Below are positions 25,795 through 39,876 of a DNA stretch of 64,000 bases, piece after piece. Where the stretch lies: contig NC_134482.1 of assembly GCF_964194025.1 (NCBI RefSeq), positions 32,922,001 through 32,986,000 of the forward strand. Direction: 5' to 3'. Position 1 is the stretch's first letter. The number at the start of each line of letters is the position of its first letter. Source of the stretch: Convolutriloba macropyga. Lineage: Eukaryota. The position numbers were made by a program, and so were the translations under genes. The notes beneath the pieces are model-generated. The model ran no database searches. It was not told the DNA's origin and worked only from the letters and a program-made list of their open reading frames with translations.

Positions 25795-28700
25795 GAAAAT
25801 TTTTGGGGGACACAAATGTCAACCCATCATCTATTTTAGCAGCAGATAAATATTATTTTCCATGCATAGAATCAAGTAGAGCGCAATACTTTCCGTCAAA
25901 AACTAGTGTCGCAAACATAAAAACGCGCTCCTTTTAGAAGCGCTAAACTTTGCTAATTTCCGGAAAAAATCACGGAACGATTAATAATCATTATCACTAA
26001 TTTAATTGTATTGATGGTAAATTCAGATTTGGGTGATCACACTAATTTAGTTGAACGATAGAAAAACATCCAATTTAAAATTTTTTCTCTAAAACCTCAA
26101 TAAGCGAACTACAGCTATCGTTTTTTGATCAATCAACTGCACCTAGAAATGCACAAATAGATCGAAATACTAGCACGAAAAAATTTCATGCAAGTTCATG
26201 ATGTTTTTTGTTACGGTTTCGTTGTTAAATTAAACTCAGTTTGGTATTAAAAATTGGATAGCAGTTAAGTTTTGTTATCTAAAATTTCTCTGAAGACGGA
26301 AACACGAGCTTCAGGTCCAGTATGCAATTTTCGAAAGGTCAAATAATCATAACTACTAATTTAATTGTATTGATGGTAAATTCATATTTGAGTGAACAAA
26401 ATATTAATTTAGATGAACGATAAGACATCATTCAATTTAATACTTTTTTCAATAAAATCTGAATAATCGATCTACTTTCTTACCGCTTTGCGTTGTTTCA
26501 ATGAACCGCTTTGGTTTTCTTACCACTTTCGTTGTTTCAATGAAACTCAGTTTCGTATTAAAATTGCATAGCTAGGTTTGTTATCAAAAATTTCAGATCC
26601 AATAGGCAATTTTCGAAAGTAAAATAAAAACCAACGACATGAATGACGTCTGTGTTATTCGGAAAATTAACGTCTTAGAATTTTAATAAAAATGAAATAC
26701 TTTTATAGCTTGACAAAAATCGAATCTTCTGGACTACTGTTCCAAGTACAAAACTACCTTGAATGAACATTTTTGGATATTCGATGATTTTACCTACGTA
26801 CATATACGAATCAAAAGGCATACAGAGTCAGAAGAAGCTTTAAAAAACTCCATTTTTCTGGCCCTGTACCTCAAGGAGGAAGTCGCACAGCTAACAATTT
26901 AAACCTCAAAGAGCAAAATGTTCTATTAAAATTCTTGTTTTTCCTCCGTGAAAGTTATCTCCGCCAAAGATGCGTGTCAGAAAACTGGGTTGAGATAAAA
27001 TTCATACAAAGCTGGATGTTTGCGACAAAAAGGTAATCACAAGAGCTTAAAAATTGAAATGTTCTTATACGGCGAATAACAATTTGAAGATTAGTTTTAT
27101 ATTGTTGCTCTCGATGTTATGTCCTTGAAAACCCCTTTAGTCTCTTGAAACGAGTTTTCGAGATCAAACACTTTCAAGGATTTCATAGTTTAGTCTATAT
27201 TTCACAAAATAAATGGAGCTTCGATTCAAGTATTCTGGTTTAGCCTTTTAGTGAAAGCACTTAGATTAGCTGGAATTGCTTATACGCAGTTACTCACTTT
27301 GAACAAAAAGTATAGTTTACTAAAAATATCAGGTAGAAGGAAAAGTTGTTACAATTAGCAATTGTTACTCCATCACCTGTTTGAGCTCTGAGTCCTTTGC
27401 ATTGGTATGGTCACAAAAAACTGTGTGGGACAAAATTTGTTTCGGCTCTTATATTCTCAGAACAAAGAATTCGAAGAACAAAACGATATAAAACGTACCA
27501 AGATCAAGTTGAATACCAAGACGAGACTAGATGTTTCCACGGTACAGTTTAACAAATGGATCGACTAAATAAAATGTTGCAATTAGTTCGCAACGTTAAA
27601 CTGCAGTTAATATTAAACCAAAACAAGCCGCTGTAACTTCTGAAGATTTTGGGTCGCAAGAAACAACTGAATTCGATCAAATTGACACACCTCAAATTAG
27701 TAAGGTCGTCTTATCGGCAAGATTTGAGATTAGAAATCTTTGAGTTAAAACAGACACGAGCACTGAATACTGGACGTACGTCCGCTTCTCAATTTAACGT
27801 GTGATATAATAGTATAATGGGTCCAAATCAACCTTGACAATTTCTTGTTCGCAAAGCCAGAGAAACTTCCAGTTATGCTATGAATTGTAACACTCAAAAT
27901 AACGCAATTGTACAGAATATAATAGAACACATTCTACAAGTATTAAGATTTGTTGATAAACATGTTGAATCGTGACGTTAGATAAGCTAAGTTATGACTA
28001 TATCAGCTCTTCAAATTCTAAAAGTCAACAAGAAATATGTGGTTTAGTTTCAAATCATAGAACCCTTTCACATTTTTGATTCAAACTAACTTCAAAACAA
28101 TACATCTTTCAGACTTCACTGATACGACTGAAGGTTCAAACACTCTTCTACCTTGTGAAAATCTTCAATTCAGAACCCTTGAAGATCTTCATTAGATTAG
28201 TACAATAAGGTCTAGTTGTACAGAAAATGTCAATTAAAAAGATCAGACCCAATGACTCTAAAACGTGAAGAGCGATTACAAACCTGTCAAACAACTGACA
28301 TTAGATTGGGGTATTTTATGAATGACCCAGAAAGAATCGTTTGTCTTTCGACAAAGATCTCCTCGGCATCAAAGAACTTCAGTAATCACAATTGACGTGC
28401 TTGGTGAATTATTATCGTGTCCAAATTTTGTACTGACAGGATAACGTCAGACTTCAGGGCGAGATGAAGGTCTATAAGAGTTCATAATTATTGTAGGTGA
28501 TCAGATCGCTTAAATAAAGAATTTCAGAGAACTGAAATGTTTTAACAAAATAAAAGACGTTTAGCAAAGCTTACAATGCGTCAGCAATTCCCGCTGAAGT
28601 GCCAAAAATGTTTCCGAAAAAGTACAATCCATGGATTGACGCAACAAAACAGTGGTTTACAAAACTATCAAGTTTTTGGAGTTAAAAAATTGTTCAGTAT

Positions 28701-31700
28701 GCGCAAGACATTGTTCACATACAAGTGTTCCCTGTTGCACAAGATATCAAATTATCTGAAAACTAGAGACTAGAAAGCTTGTAATTTATCCATCAGTAAA
28801 CAACAAAAAGAAAAATAAACGGGTCATTGCTCAGCCCTCTTCCAGATCAATAAGCGATTATAAGCAAACTTAGACTCGAAGTTGAGAAGATATGAAAAAC
28901 TTCAACACGTAATTTTTCAAGTCCTATCATAACAAAATCAAACAATCAACCACAAACAACCTAGTAGTCAATTAATTTAAGTTTTGTTTCAAAGGCGCAA
29001 TTTTTGGGGGACACAAACGTCGAAAATTTTTGGGGGACACAAATGTCAACCCATCATCTATTTTAGCAGCAGATAAATATTATTTTCCATGCATAGAATC
29101 AAGTAGAGCGCAATACTTTCCGTCAAAAACTAGTGTCGCAAACATAAAAACGCGCTCCTTTTAGAAGCGCTAAACTTTGCTAATTTCCGGAAAAAATCAC
29201 GAAACGATTAATAATCATTATCACTAATTTAATTGTATTGATGGTAAATTCAGATTTGGGTGAACACACTAATTTAGTTGAACGATAGAAAAACATCCAA
29301 TTTAAAATTTTTTATCTAAAACCTCAATAAACGAACTACAGCTATCGTTTTTTGATCAATCAACTGCACCTAGAAATGCACAAATAGATCGAAATACTAG
29401 CACAAAAAAATTTCATGCAAGTTCATGTTTTTTTACGGTTTCGTTGTTAAATTAAACTCAGTTTGGTATTAAAAATTGGATAGCAGTTAAGTTTTGTTAT
29501 CTAAAATTTCTCTGAAGACGGAAACACCAGCTTCAGGTCCAGTATGCAATTTTCGAAACGTCAAATAATCATACCTACTAATTTAATTGTATTGATGGTA
29601 AATTCATATTTGAGTGAACAAAATATTAATTTAGATGAACGATAAGGCATCATTCAATTTAATACTTTTTTCAATAAAATCTGAATAATCGATCTACTTT
29701 CTTACCGCGTTGCGTTGTTTCAATAAACTGCTTTGGTTTTCTTACCACTTTCGTTGTTTCAATGAAACTCAGTTTCGTATTAAAATTGCATAGCTAGGTT
29801 TGTTATCAAAAATTACAGATCAAATAGGCAATTTTCGAAAGTAAAATAAAAACCAACGACATGAATGACGTCTGTGTTATTGAAAATTAACGTCTTAGAA
29901 TTTTAATAAAAATGAAATAATTTTATAGCTTGACAAAAATCGAATCTTCTGGACTACTGTTCCAAGTACAAAACTACATTGAATGAACATTTTTGGATAT
30001 TCAATGATTTTACCTACGTAAATATACGAATCAAAAGGCATACAGAGTCAGAAGAAGCTTTAAAAAAACTCCATTTTTCTGGCCCTGTACCTCAAGGAGG
30101 AAGTCGCACAGCTAACAATTTAAACCTCAAACAGCAAAATGTTCTATTAAAATTCTTGTTTTTCCTCCGTGAAAGTTATCTCCGCCAAAGATGCGTGTCA
30201 GAAAACTGGTTTGAGATAAAATTCATACCAAGCTGGATGTTTGCAACAAAAAGGTAATCACAAGAGCTTAAAAATTGAAATGTTCTTATACGGCGAATAA
30301 CAATTTGAAGATTAGTTTTATATTGTTGCTCTCGATGTTATGTCCTTGAAAACCCCTTTGAAACCAGTTTTCGAGATCAAACACTTTCAAGGATTTCATA
30401 GTTTAGTCTATATTTCACTATTTCACAAAATAAATGAAGCTTCGATTCAGGTATTCTGGTTTAGCCTTTTAGTGAAAGCACTTAGATTAGCTGGAATTGC
30501 TTATACGCAGTTACTCACTTTGAACAAAAAGTATAGTTTACTAAAAATATCAGGTAGCAGGAAAAGTCGTTACAATTAGCAATTGTTACTCCATCACCTG
30601 TGTGTTGTTTGAGCTCTGAGTCCTTTGCAGTGGTATGGTCACAAAAAAACTCTGTGGGACAAAATTTGTTTCGACTCTTATATTCTCAGAACAAAGAATT
30701 CGAAGAACAAAACGATATAAAACGTACCAAGATCAAGTTGAATACCAAGACGAGACTAGATGTTTCCACGGTACAGTTTAACAAATGGATCGACTAAATA
30801 GAATGTTGCAATTAGTTCGCAACGTTAAACTGCAGTTAATATTAAACCGAAACGAGCCGCTGTAACTTCTGAAGATTTTGGGTCGCAAGAAACAACTGAA
30901 TTCGATCAAATTGACACACCTCAAATTAGTAAGGTCGTCTGATCGGCAAGATTTGAGATTAGAAATCTTTGAGTTAAAACAGACACGAGTACTGAATACT
31001 GGACGCACGTCCGTTTCTCAATTAAACCTGTGATATAATAGTATAATGGGTCCAAATCAACCTTGACAATTTCTTGTTCGCAAAGCCAGAGAAACTTCCA
31101 GTGATGCTATGAATTGTAACACTCAAAATAACGCAATTGTACAGAATATAATAGAACGCATTCTACAAGTATTAAGATTTGTTGATAAACATGTTGAATC
31201 GTGACGTTAGATAAGCTAAGTTATGACTATATCAGCTCTTCAAATTCTAAAAGTCAACAAGAAATATGTGGTTTAGTTTCAAATCATAGAACCCTTTCAC
31301 ATTTTCGATTCAAACTAACTTCAAAACAATACATCTTTCAGACTTCACTGATACGACTGAAGGTTCAAACACTCTTCTATCTTGTGAAAATCTTCAATTC
31401 AGAACCCTTGAAGATCTTCATTAGATTAGTACAATAAGGTCGTTGTACAGAAAATGTCAATTAAGAAGATCAGACCCCATGACTCAAAAACGTGAAGAGC
31501 GACTACAAACCTGTCAAACAACTGACATTAGATTGGGGTATTTTATGAATGACCCAGAAAGAATCGTTTGTCTTTCGACAAAGATCTCCTCGGCATCAAA
31601 GAACTTCAGTAATCACTATTGAAGTGCTTGGTGAATTATTATCGTGTCCAAATTTTGTACTGACAGGATAACAACAGACTTCAGGGCGATATGAAGGTCC

Positions 31701-32209
31701 ATAAGAGTTCATTCATATTGTAGGTGATCAGATCGCTTAAAAAGAATTTCAGAGAACTGAAAGGTTTTAACAAAATAAAAGACGTTTAGCAAAGCTTACA
31801 ATGCGTCAGCAATTCCCGCTGAAGTGCCAAAAATGTTTCCGAAAAAGTACAATCCATGGATTGACGCAACAAAAAAAGTGGTTTAAGAAACTATCAAGTT
31901 TTGGAGTTAAAAAATTGTTCGATATGCGCAAGACGGGCTTAAATTGTTCCCTGTTGCACAAGATATCAAATTATCTGCAAACTAGAGACTACAAAGCTTG
32001 TAATTTATCCATCAGGAAACAACAAAAAGAAATTAAACGGGTCATTGATCAGCCCTCTTCCAGATCAATAAGCGATTATAAGCAAACTTAGGCTCGAAAT
32101 TGAGAAGATAAGAAAAACTTCAACACGTAATTTTTCAAGTCCTATCATAACAAAATCAACCACAAACAACCTAGTAGTCAATTAATTTAAGTTTTGTTTC
32201 AAAGGCGCA
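25795..32209. repeat. Recent ~3.2-kb tandem duplication (25795-28999 and 29022-32209)
   Basis: Collinear copies from gaaaatttttgggggacacaaatgtc to gttttgtttcaaaggcgca, about 96-98% identical by eye. Each unit has an internal ~360-bp direct repeat and probable decayed LINE sequence (VSNHRTL resembles the endonuclease SDH motif; KKYNPWID resembles the ORF2 linker). Confidence 0.9.
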
Positions 32210-32494
32210 TCTGATAAAAGTTCCTGAAACTTTTTTGCACGTTTCTCATTTTAGCAAGGACGAAAAGAAAAAAGACGAAAAGAAAAGACATATAAAACTT
32301 ACCTTGGAATATTACGCTAGGTGCAAATGCAAAACAGTACTAAATAAAAATCGCCAATTAAGAGAAAGCCCCTCCCTCCCCTTGTAGATTGTCCATTAAC
32401 TCCGGGCGGCAGGTCAACTGCTTTATACATGTATAAATTCTGGCATTAGTCAAACGTCGGAGCAACAAAAAAAGCAGATATAGCTTCAGTAGGA

Positions 32495-32911
32495 AACATA
32501 ACCGGCTAAACGTCAAAAAAATTGCTCTCGAACGACTAGTGGGAGCTCTAAAATCAATTGCAGCCTGCTTCAATGGGGGAGAGGAGCCTAAATGGGACTT
32601 AAAAGTTCATTAATGGGCTTCAAATAACCACATTAGAGGTTAATATATATTTAAAGTGGAAAATGGCACCAGTTTCGGTGCTTTTTTCATTTGACTTTTA
32701 GTTTTAAATTGCCGCCAATTGAGTTCAGCTGCTTGAAATTGTGATTGAGAGAATTTTAGATCACGCAAAACGCGTAAAAGTCACTCCGGCGTAAAATTCA
32801 CTCGAAGTCAAGGGCGTAAAAGTCACTCGAAAAGTCAAAACGGTCAAGAAAAAAATTTTGCATAAAAGACACACACGTTTACAATAATTGCTTCTCTACG
32901 AGAGCAATTAA
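32495..32911 (-). mobile_element. HINE-like family B copy B2
   Basis: aacataaccggctaaacgtc; subTIR aattgctctcg (32520-32530) / cgagagcaatt (32899-32909) with partial IR aattgcttct; interior homologous to 42392-42720. Confidence 0.7.
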
Positions 32912-33099
32912 TAAGAAGGGGTATAAAAAAATAATTTTAAATCAAGATCTGATTAATTTATAAGGTGAGTTAAGACAACAGCCACCCCTCTCTATGGCTC
33001 CGACGGAAACTTCAACAACGGGACGCCAGCGCCTTGATCGCGCGCCACGGACGCAGAGCAGGGAACAACGCAAAAGCGCAATGTTTTGTCCTGATGTAT

Positions 33100-34700
33100 G
33101 TAATCACGTCAGAATATGAATTCTTTTTCCTCACGCCGATTCTTGTTGCCAACCTCTATGGTTTTCGACTCTGATGAGCTAGCTCCCGCAGTGCAGGAGA
33201 AGATCAATGGACAGAAGGTGGCCTTCTTGACTTTAATACTCTTTACTATTAACTCAACTTTTTAATGGTCTTTTGATATTTAAATGAATACAGTTTGCTT
33301 TTAGGGCAACTAAAACAGATTAACCAAATTTATATTGATAAATATTACTTGAGAGTGGACCAAACAGTCCTTTTGCATTGATATCTAATCACGTGTCATC
33401 AGTGGCCGTACCTCTGTTTGCAAAGGTTTCTCACAGTGTCTGAAGACTGGGCTCTATTTCGAGATTATCACAATTTTTATCTAGCAAGTGGCAATGCAAT
33501 TGAATTTGGCATATCGTTGTGGCTCATGTGGTGGGTACAGCCAGGTTAATGGTATTTTCGCAGTTTCACAGCCGTGTCTGGAGGCAACACCATCTATAGA
33601 TTCTCTAAATCAAAAATTCTTACCTTAACAACTGAAAAACCTTCCGATGTTCTTTGAAGGCAAGATTTCTGCTTAGATAACTGAATGCGTTCTTGGATAA
33701 GAAGCATTGCATCCGTAATTTCATAGCACAAGCCTAGACGAAATTTCATTTCACATTTGAACAATATCCTTCAGTTCATGCGACGCTTGCGCACACACTC
33801 AGATGCACACCAGATGCACAGACACACAGAAGGACCAGACTCACAAACATAGTATAACATGTACAAAGACATGAAATTTATACAAGTATAGGAGCGGGAC
33901 AACCTGATACGTCTCATCCTTGCATCCTATTTGTACCGTAGCAGCTGAGAGAGAGAGAGAGAGCGAGAGAAAGAGAGCGAGAGAGATCCGGAATTTATTG
34001 AACCAGATTCTGATACTGATAATGTTGGACAGGTTCCTGTAAACATGCACTTCTCGCGTAAACTGCGTTTTTTGGCCTCTTGCTGACCAGTTGTTATCTC
34101 TACCATAATTGCTGAACTTTTATGCACGTCTTTGAACTTCTCAGTCAATTTTTGTTGCCATGCATGTATTACATTAATAATCACTTCCAAAATTACTGTT
34201 CCAGCACTTGAGAAATTTTTGTTGGAAAGTTCTTTTTATGCGCTCACAAGTTTTAACGTTCAAATGAAAATCTGAAAATCGCGGTTGCAAATCCTGTGAC
34301 CCGTAGATTTTTATCGACCAATGCAATTGTCTGCAAAGTAACTGAAAACCTGACAAACAGTCTTCGGGGCAAGTTGAACCTGCAACTTTCAAATGAAGTA
34401 ATGACATTGACATCACTTGCCAAGAAAGTCGTGCAAAGCATCATTCTGATATGTTCTCAGAACTCCACCTAATGTTTTTTCCCCAGGCTGACTGCAAAAT
34501 ATCTCGACAGGTTTTGATAAAGGTGGAAGAAGCAAAATTCGATTAGTCAAAACCAATTTTTTTAAGCCATTAGGGACAATTCTTCAACTGAAATTTTGTG
34601 AATTTAAGCGAACAGCAATTATAACAGTTGAAAACCCCCCGATACTCCCAAAATCCACTTGGCACTGACTATAAAATAGGCAGAAAAACCTTTTCCCAGG
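33100..34700 (-). pseudogene. Highly decayed non-LTR retrotransposon (LINE ORF2) fragment, with a GA-rich microsatellite at 33948-33985
   Basis: Broken frames with traces resembling NYRPIS/KxFE and KAFD RT motifs; boundaries approximate. Confidence 0.35.
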
Positions 34701-35954
34701 GACGGCAAATTGCTTCCCGGACAAAGCTATTCTGCAGAAGTAAAGACAGTAAACTCAAAATTTTTAAATATCCTAATCAGTAACTTATCCTAAAACTAGA
34801 GCATTTATGTTTGGAAAAAGTACTTAAAGTAAAGAAAAAGAATGCAAAATTTCAATAAACAGTAACTTTTTAACTGCGTTTTGAGCTAATTTGAAGTTAA
34901 AACAATTGTTAGGGATACTTGAGCAATTTATAGAATGAAAGGAGATTCGAATAAAAGGGCTTTGAGTGTTTTCATTGCTGTTCGCCTAATTTCTTAGTTT
35001 GCGAATAATGATATACAATAGCCTCACCAATCAAGCTCACGTAATATATTACAACCTTTTCAAACTATTTCTATGGCAAAAAAATGTGATGAAACACAGT
35101 TCTTATCACGAAAAGGCTATTTCGGCAGGTTTATTCCGCTATTTTCATTTTTGTTTGCAAAAAGTTCTGAATACTTTGTCGGGAAAATTATTCTGGGTTA
35201 TTTCTATCTCTACACTAGGAAGCAACGATATCAACATCGAACGAACATTTAGACCCTATCAAAATTCTTCACAACAAAAAAAACTAAATTTGTTATGCCG
35301 AACCAATTATTGGTGGTGTGAACTATATTGTCAAAAGTTAACTTTGTTAAGAAAATTTTCTGAATATAATTTTTTGCATTATAATTTGTGATAAAGTTAT
35401 TTATAAAATGTTTTAATTCAGGCATGATAATATAATTGTTCCAATTTGATAACATGTCACTTGTAAAATAAGTTTATAACAAGATTTTTCGAATTTCGTC
35501 TGTGACTATTTTGAAGAGCTATGAGCTCAACAGAACTATTTTTGCTAAAATTTAATTTGTGTTAAAATTAGACTTTTTCAAGACGGTTAGAATCTTATAA
35601 CATTAGATCTTGAGTTACCTTTTAACGAATATAGCCAATATTAAGATAATCTGAAAACTTCTGATAAATTTAATCAGATAAGACAGTTTTTGATATAATC
35701 TTTCAGGTGTTAACTGAAAACCAAAATCTCCCAGAAAATTCACACAGCAGTTACAAATAGTCAGAAATTAAAATGGTTGTTAAAAGTCAATCACCATTTG
35801 TCTTAATACAATATTAAAGCGTTTTCACTATGTCTTCATAAAGCGTTTTAATTATGTAACCACTTCAAAAAAAGTTAAATGCTCATCAAACTGGCACAGC
35901 CTCAGTGTTCACTTTTAGAATTTGACTATTATATGATCCAGCATTTCCAACAAA

Positions 35955-36306
35955 AAACAAACCCACTCTCGAACTACTGGCGAGGCAAACAATTAGAAGC
36001 AGGGGCCATATGCTAGAGAAACTTAGGGCACAAAAACATTTGACCGGTGAGGGGTTTGAACCCGCCAGCTCTCAGATAAGAGTTGCAGGCATTGCTTACT
36101 GCGCGACACGTAAGGCCATCGCTCACAATCGGTTTATTTCACATACTTAATTTCTGAATATGCACAATTCAGTTCACTCAAAAAAACTAAAAATTCAAGC
36201 GTCAAAAAGAATCGAGAAATTGAATCGAAAGAATGCTCTAGAAGAAAACGGGGAAATTTTGCATTAAAAAAGACACAGGTTACAAGAATCGTTCGAGATT
36301 AATTAA
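35955..36306 (-). mobile_element. HINE-like family B copy B3 carrying a tRNA-derived segment (36041-36112)
   Basis: ctctcgaac ... gttcgag ends; family-B right-end motif ttttgcattaaaaaagacac; collinear with 58421-58763; minus-strand B-box GGTTCAAACCC. Confidence 0.55.
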
Positions 36307-36399
36307 GCATAATTTTTCTCTGTTAAATCTACAAATGTAAATTAAAAAATTACAACCTAACAAAAATGTTTACAATTACAAAAAAAATTACATTTTAAG

Positions 36400-38250
36400 A
36401 ATCACTTTATAAACATATGAATAGTTTGTTCCTTGAAATACAATTAGAAATAGGTTCCAAAACCTTGTACCTGACTGTCTTTCGGGATATATTCATGCAG
36501 TTTAAAAAATTCGCAATTTAATTTCTCCATAAATTTATCTTTTGTTTCGGGATTTCTACAAGAAAGTTGTTACATTTTCTCGAGAAATTTCTGATTCCTG
36601 ATAACTCCACCCATTTAGATTGACATTTTTTCCGATAAAACTGGACCACTCATGGAATTTCTCTCATCTCAATTTTTCCAAAGATTCTTACCGACGTCTA
36701 TTCGAATATTTGCTTGCTTTCTTTATAAGGCTTAATTCGGTGAAAAAAATCCAAGTTCTCAAGGTAAAATTTTTTCTTTTAAAAGAAGATCCATTGATAT
36801 ATCAATTTCTTAAGCATAAGGCAAACATTTATGCCCCACTTCAATCGTATATTTACTCTATAAAGTGAAGCCTATAAAGATTGGAAAAATTTGCGCTGAA
36901 AATGAAATGTGACAAATTGATTGAAAAAGAAAAATTCTAAAAACTCTAGCTTATAACGGCATTAGATGCCTAACTAAGTAGATTTACCTAACATCAGTGG
37001 CAATTTTTATCAATATTATGTTTAGCTTTCTGTCAAAACTCAATTTATTGTCGATCACTGAGTCCAGATAACGACAACTGATCTTCAGTTTCATGATATT
37101 TTATTTATGATGAAAATCCTCAATGGTCGACTGAGCTTTTTGTGAAAACAAAAATTTTGGTTTTATCTCTCTTCAGTGTTAATATATTATTTCATATGAG
37201 TAACGGTTTATCGGAACATACTGTACGTTTTTTTTAGGTCTTAATCTGTTTTGGAGTGAAAATCATAGCAACAAATCGTTAAAGTACATTATAAAAATCA
37301 GGGGCCAAGGACGGTTCCCTGAGGAAAATTTTGTGAGAAACTGAATAAAACACTTTTGCTAGAGCTAAAAATATTACCAACAATTTACTTTTGTTCTACA
37401 AATTCGTTTAGTGATTCCGTTAGTTAAATGACAATGTCATTCGTCAATTTCTTTTTCAGAAATCTGAATTGATGTTTGTTAATTGTCATGTTTTTCTACA
37501 GTTCCAACTATTGCAGTAGAAACCTTTCGAATGTTTTCGCAAAAAATGGTGTCACTGAAATTGGTCTGACGTTCTCTGATTCAAGCAGAGAACCTTTTTT
37601 GTAAATTACATTCTTTTTTAGGACATCTGAACAATGTTAGCAAAATATTCATTAATATTTCAAACTGTAAAAAGACTTTCCAATCAATATTTCATTAAAT
37701 TTGAGAATCTATGCCCCGACGCTTTGTTGTATGGTAGTTTTATCGATTACATCATACATTTCTTTTCTCGTTATAAAGTTGTATGAAAAATCAAATTTGT
37801 TCTAAGGAAATTCAAATCTCTACATTTTCTCGCAACCCCTCTTATCTACATATCACGCAAAATAATTATTTAACGTCTTAACGACTGGCTTGTCTTTTAA
37901 ACATAATATTTTTCTGAATTTGGCAACTGCCGTTTTGTTTTCCTGTATGAGTTTTTTATATAAATTTTCTATTTTCGCTTTGAGTCAGGAAGAGACTCGA
38001 ATAATTTCTGGGTATACTTGCTCTTTAATTTTCCGATGTGGCGTTTCTTATTACTTTGTAAATGTTAGAAGCGGAAGTATCTGCCTTCTTCCAAAAATTA
38101 AAAAGTCGATGTTTTTCTTTAATAAGTTCCATTAAATCTTTGGATATCCACTTAGTTTGGACTTGTCACCGGCTCTCCAATTTTTATAGGAGCTAAATTC
38201 CGACAATGTCTTGCCCCAAAGCATACTATTTTCAACTCTCAGGGTAAGGT
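36400..38250 (-). pseudogene. Decayed LINE (CR1/L2-like) reverse transcriptase fragment
   Basis: Minus-strand translations ENVRPISVTPFFAKTFER (about 37520-37580) and PQGTVLGP (about 37300-37325) in correct RT order, with stops and frameshifts; boundaries approximate. Confidence 0.65.
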
Positions 38251-38890
38251 CGTGGCAAAAAATTTCGTCGCACAACAAACAACAAACGAGGGTGGCACAA
38301 CAGAGTGGGGAGATATAATCGGAAGAGAACCAAAAATATTTTTGACTAATTATATGTGATCTGTCGATCTTTTAACAGTGTCTTTATGAGTCTACATTAC
38401 GAACAAGACACGAAAGGATTCAAATAACACTGCAGACGGTTCATTTACAATTCAAATCCATAAGAGGTTATCACACCAACTAAAAACTCTTTGATTTGTT
38501 AATAAATTTTCTGATTTATATTAACAAAATTGGCCGTCAAGTCAAATTCAATTGCTTAAAATTTGAATGCAGTGTACGGCACTGAAGAAATCAAAAATTT
38601 ATACAACACAAATCTACACCTCAAATTTTACTAGACCTCTTTGTTAAAAACTTGATACGCTTTGATAATAATAATAATTTAATAAACTGAGAGGCCTTTG
38701 TGATACAAAAATCGTGCACACGGTCAACTAAACAGAAGTTGAGCATGCTACAATTGTTATTAATCACAAGTTGAAAAGCGACTGTTTTGTTCGAAGCATC
38801 TCAAGTATTTTGAGAAAACGTTGACCAGGTTGTACATACACATTGCGGTCGAGGCTGTAGTAGTTGACTTAACGTACACCCGATGCAAAC

Positions 38891-38909
38891 ATGACCAGCG
38901 CTTTTACAG
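38891..38909 (+). CDS. Uncharacterised gene, putative exon 1 (MTSAFT)
   Basis: ATG with an in-frame upstream stop; donor ACAG|gtgaga, phase 1, compatible with the next exon. Confidence 0.45.
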
Positions 38910-39299
38910 GTGAGATAATGAGCTTCTATAGACACAGAATTATAGATTCCGATGCAGGAAAAGCTTGATATTGATTGAACAGAAACAAAATTTGGCTTGG
39001 CAACCGATTAGTTCTTTAATTTGAAATGCTTGTCATAGGAAAGTTTTGCCTATAAAATGCTTCCTATTCTGCTCTTTCTCCAAATTTGTTATTCATTAAC
39101 TATTTTGAGATACATTTTCAAGGCTTTCTGCTCCGAATTAGCCCAAGTTTGATACAATTAAATTCTGGGATGCAAAAAGAGCCTTTTTACGGTTTGTTAC
39201 CTTCAAAATTTCACCGACATAGCGAAAATGTGGTACGTATTTCCTAGGACGGTCAATATTTAAATTATAAATCGCCTTTGAACCAGAACTGGCTTTCAG

Positions 39300-39559
39300 A
39301 TGGAAAAACTAAGCTGAGCCAGATTGAAGATCGAACCGGACAACTTCTGGCAAGTTTGAAACTCGGAGATGACAAAAAAAGCCAGAGTTTCAAGCCAGAT
39401 GGTACTGAAGTTCGGAGAGGACGCAGTGCTAAGTCAAGGAGAACTGCTCGAAGATTGCAGCAGATTTTGGACGAACATTTATCGCCAAAGTCGAACGAGG
39501 ACCAGCTTATGATGTCGGATAATATCGTCTACGATCATAATAAGCGTCAACAATACGAG
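39300..39559 (+). CDS. Uncharacterised gene, exon 2
   Basis: ctttcag|AT GGA...; coding-like composition (DGKTKLSQIEDRTGQLL...QQYE); donor GAG|gtttgc, phase 0. Confidence 0.65.
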
Positions 39560-39876
39560 GTTTGCGCTAGTGTTCCAGCTTCAGTTAGTATTGATTGCGC
39601 CGTTCTTCCACCTTCAGTTAGTATTGATTTTGTGTCATGGTGGAGCCCCCCATTTGACGTCAAAGAACTAAGCTAGTCAGCTTGGTTCACTGACGCCAAT
39701 TTATCGAGGTCCACAAAAATCTGGTGTGCTGATAATTTTGGTATGCTATTCTTGAGCGATTTTCTGTCCCTTTTGTTGTGTGAGATTGCACCGTAACTCT
39801 CACTCTCTTTAAAGAATAAATCACAACGCAAAAAATCTAAGCATCAAAAAATTTCATGAATTACGAGAACTTTATT

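Noticed and set aside
36041-36112. Functional tRNA gene (also 58523-58595)
   Set aside because: Acceptor and anticodon stems do not pair properly, and both lie inside repeats.
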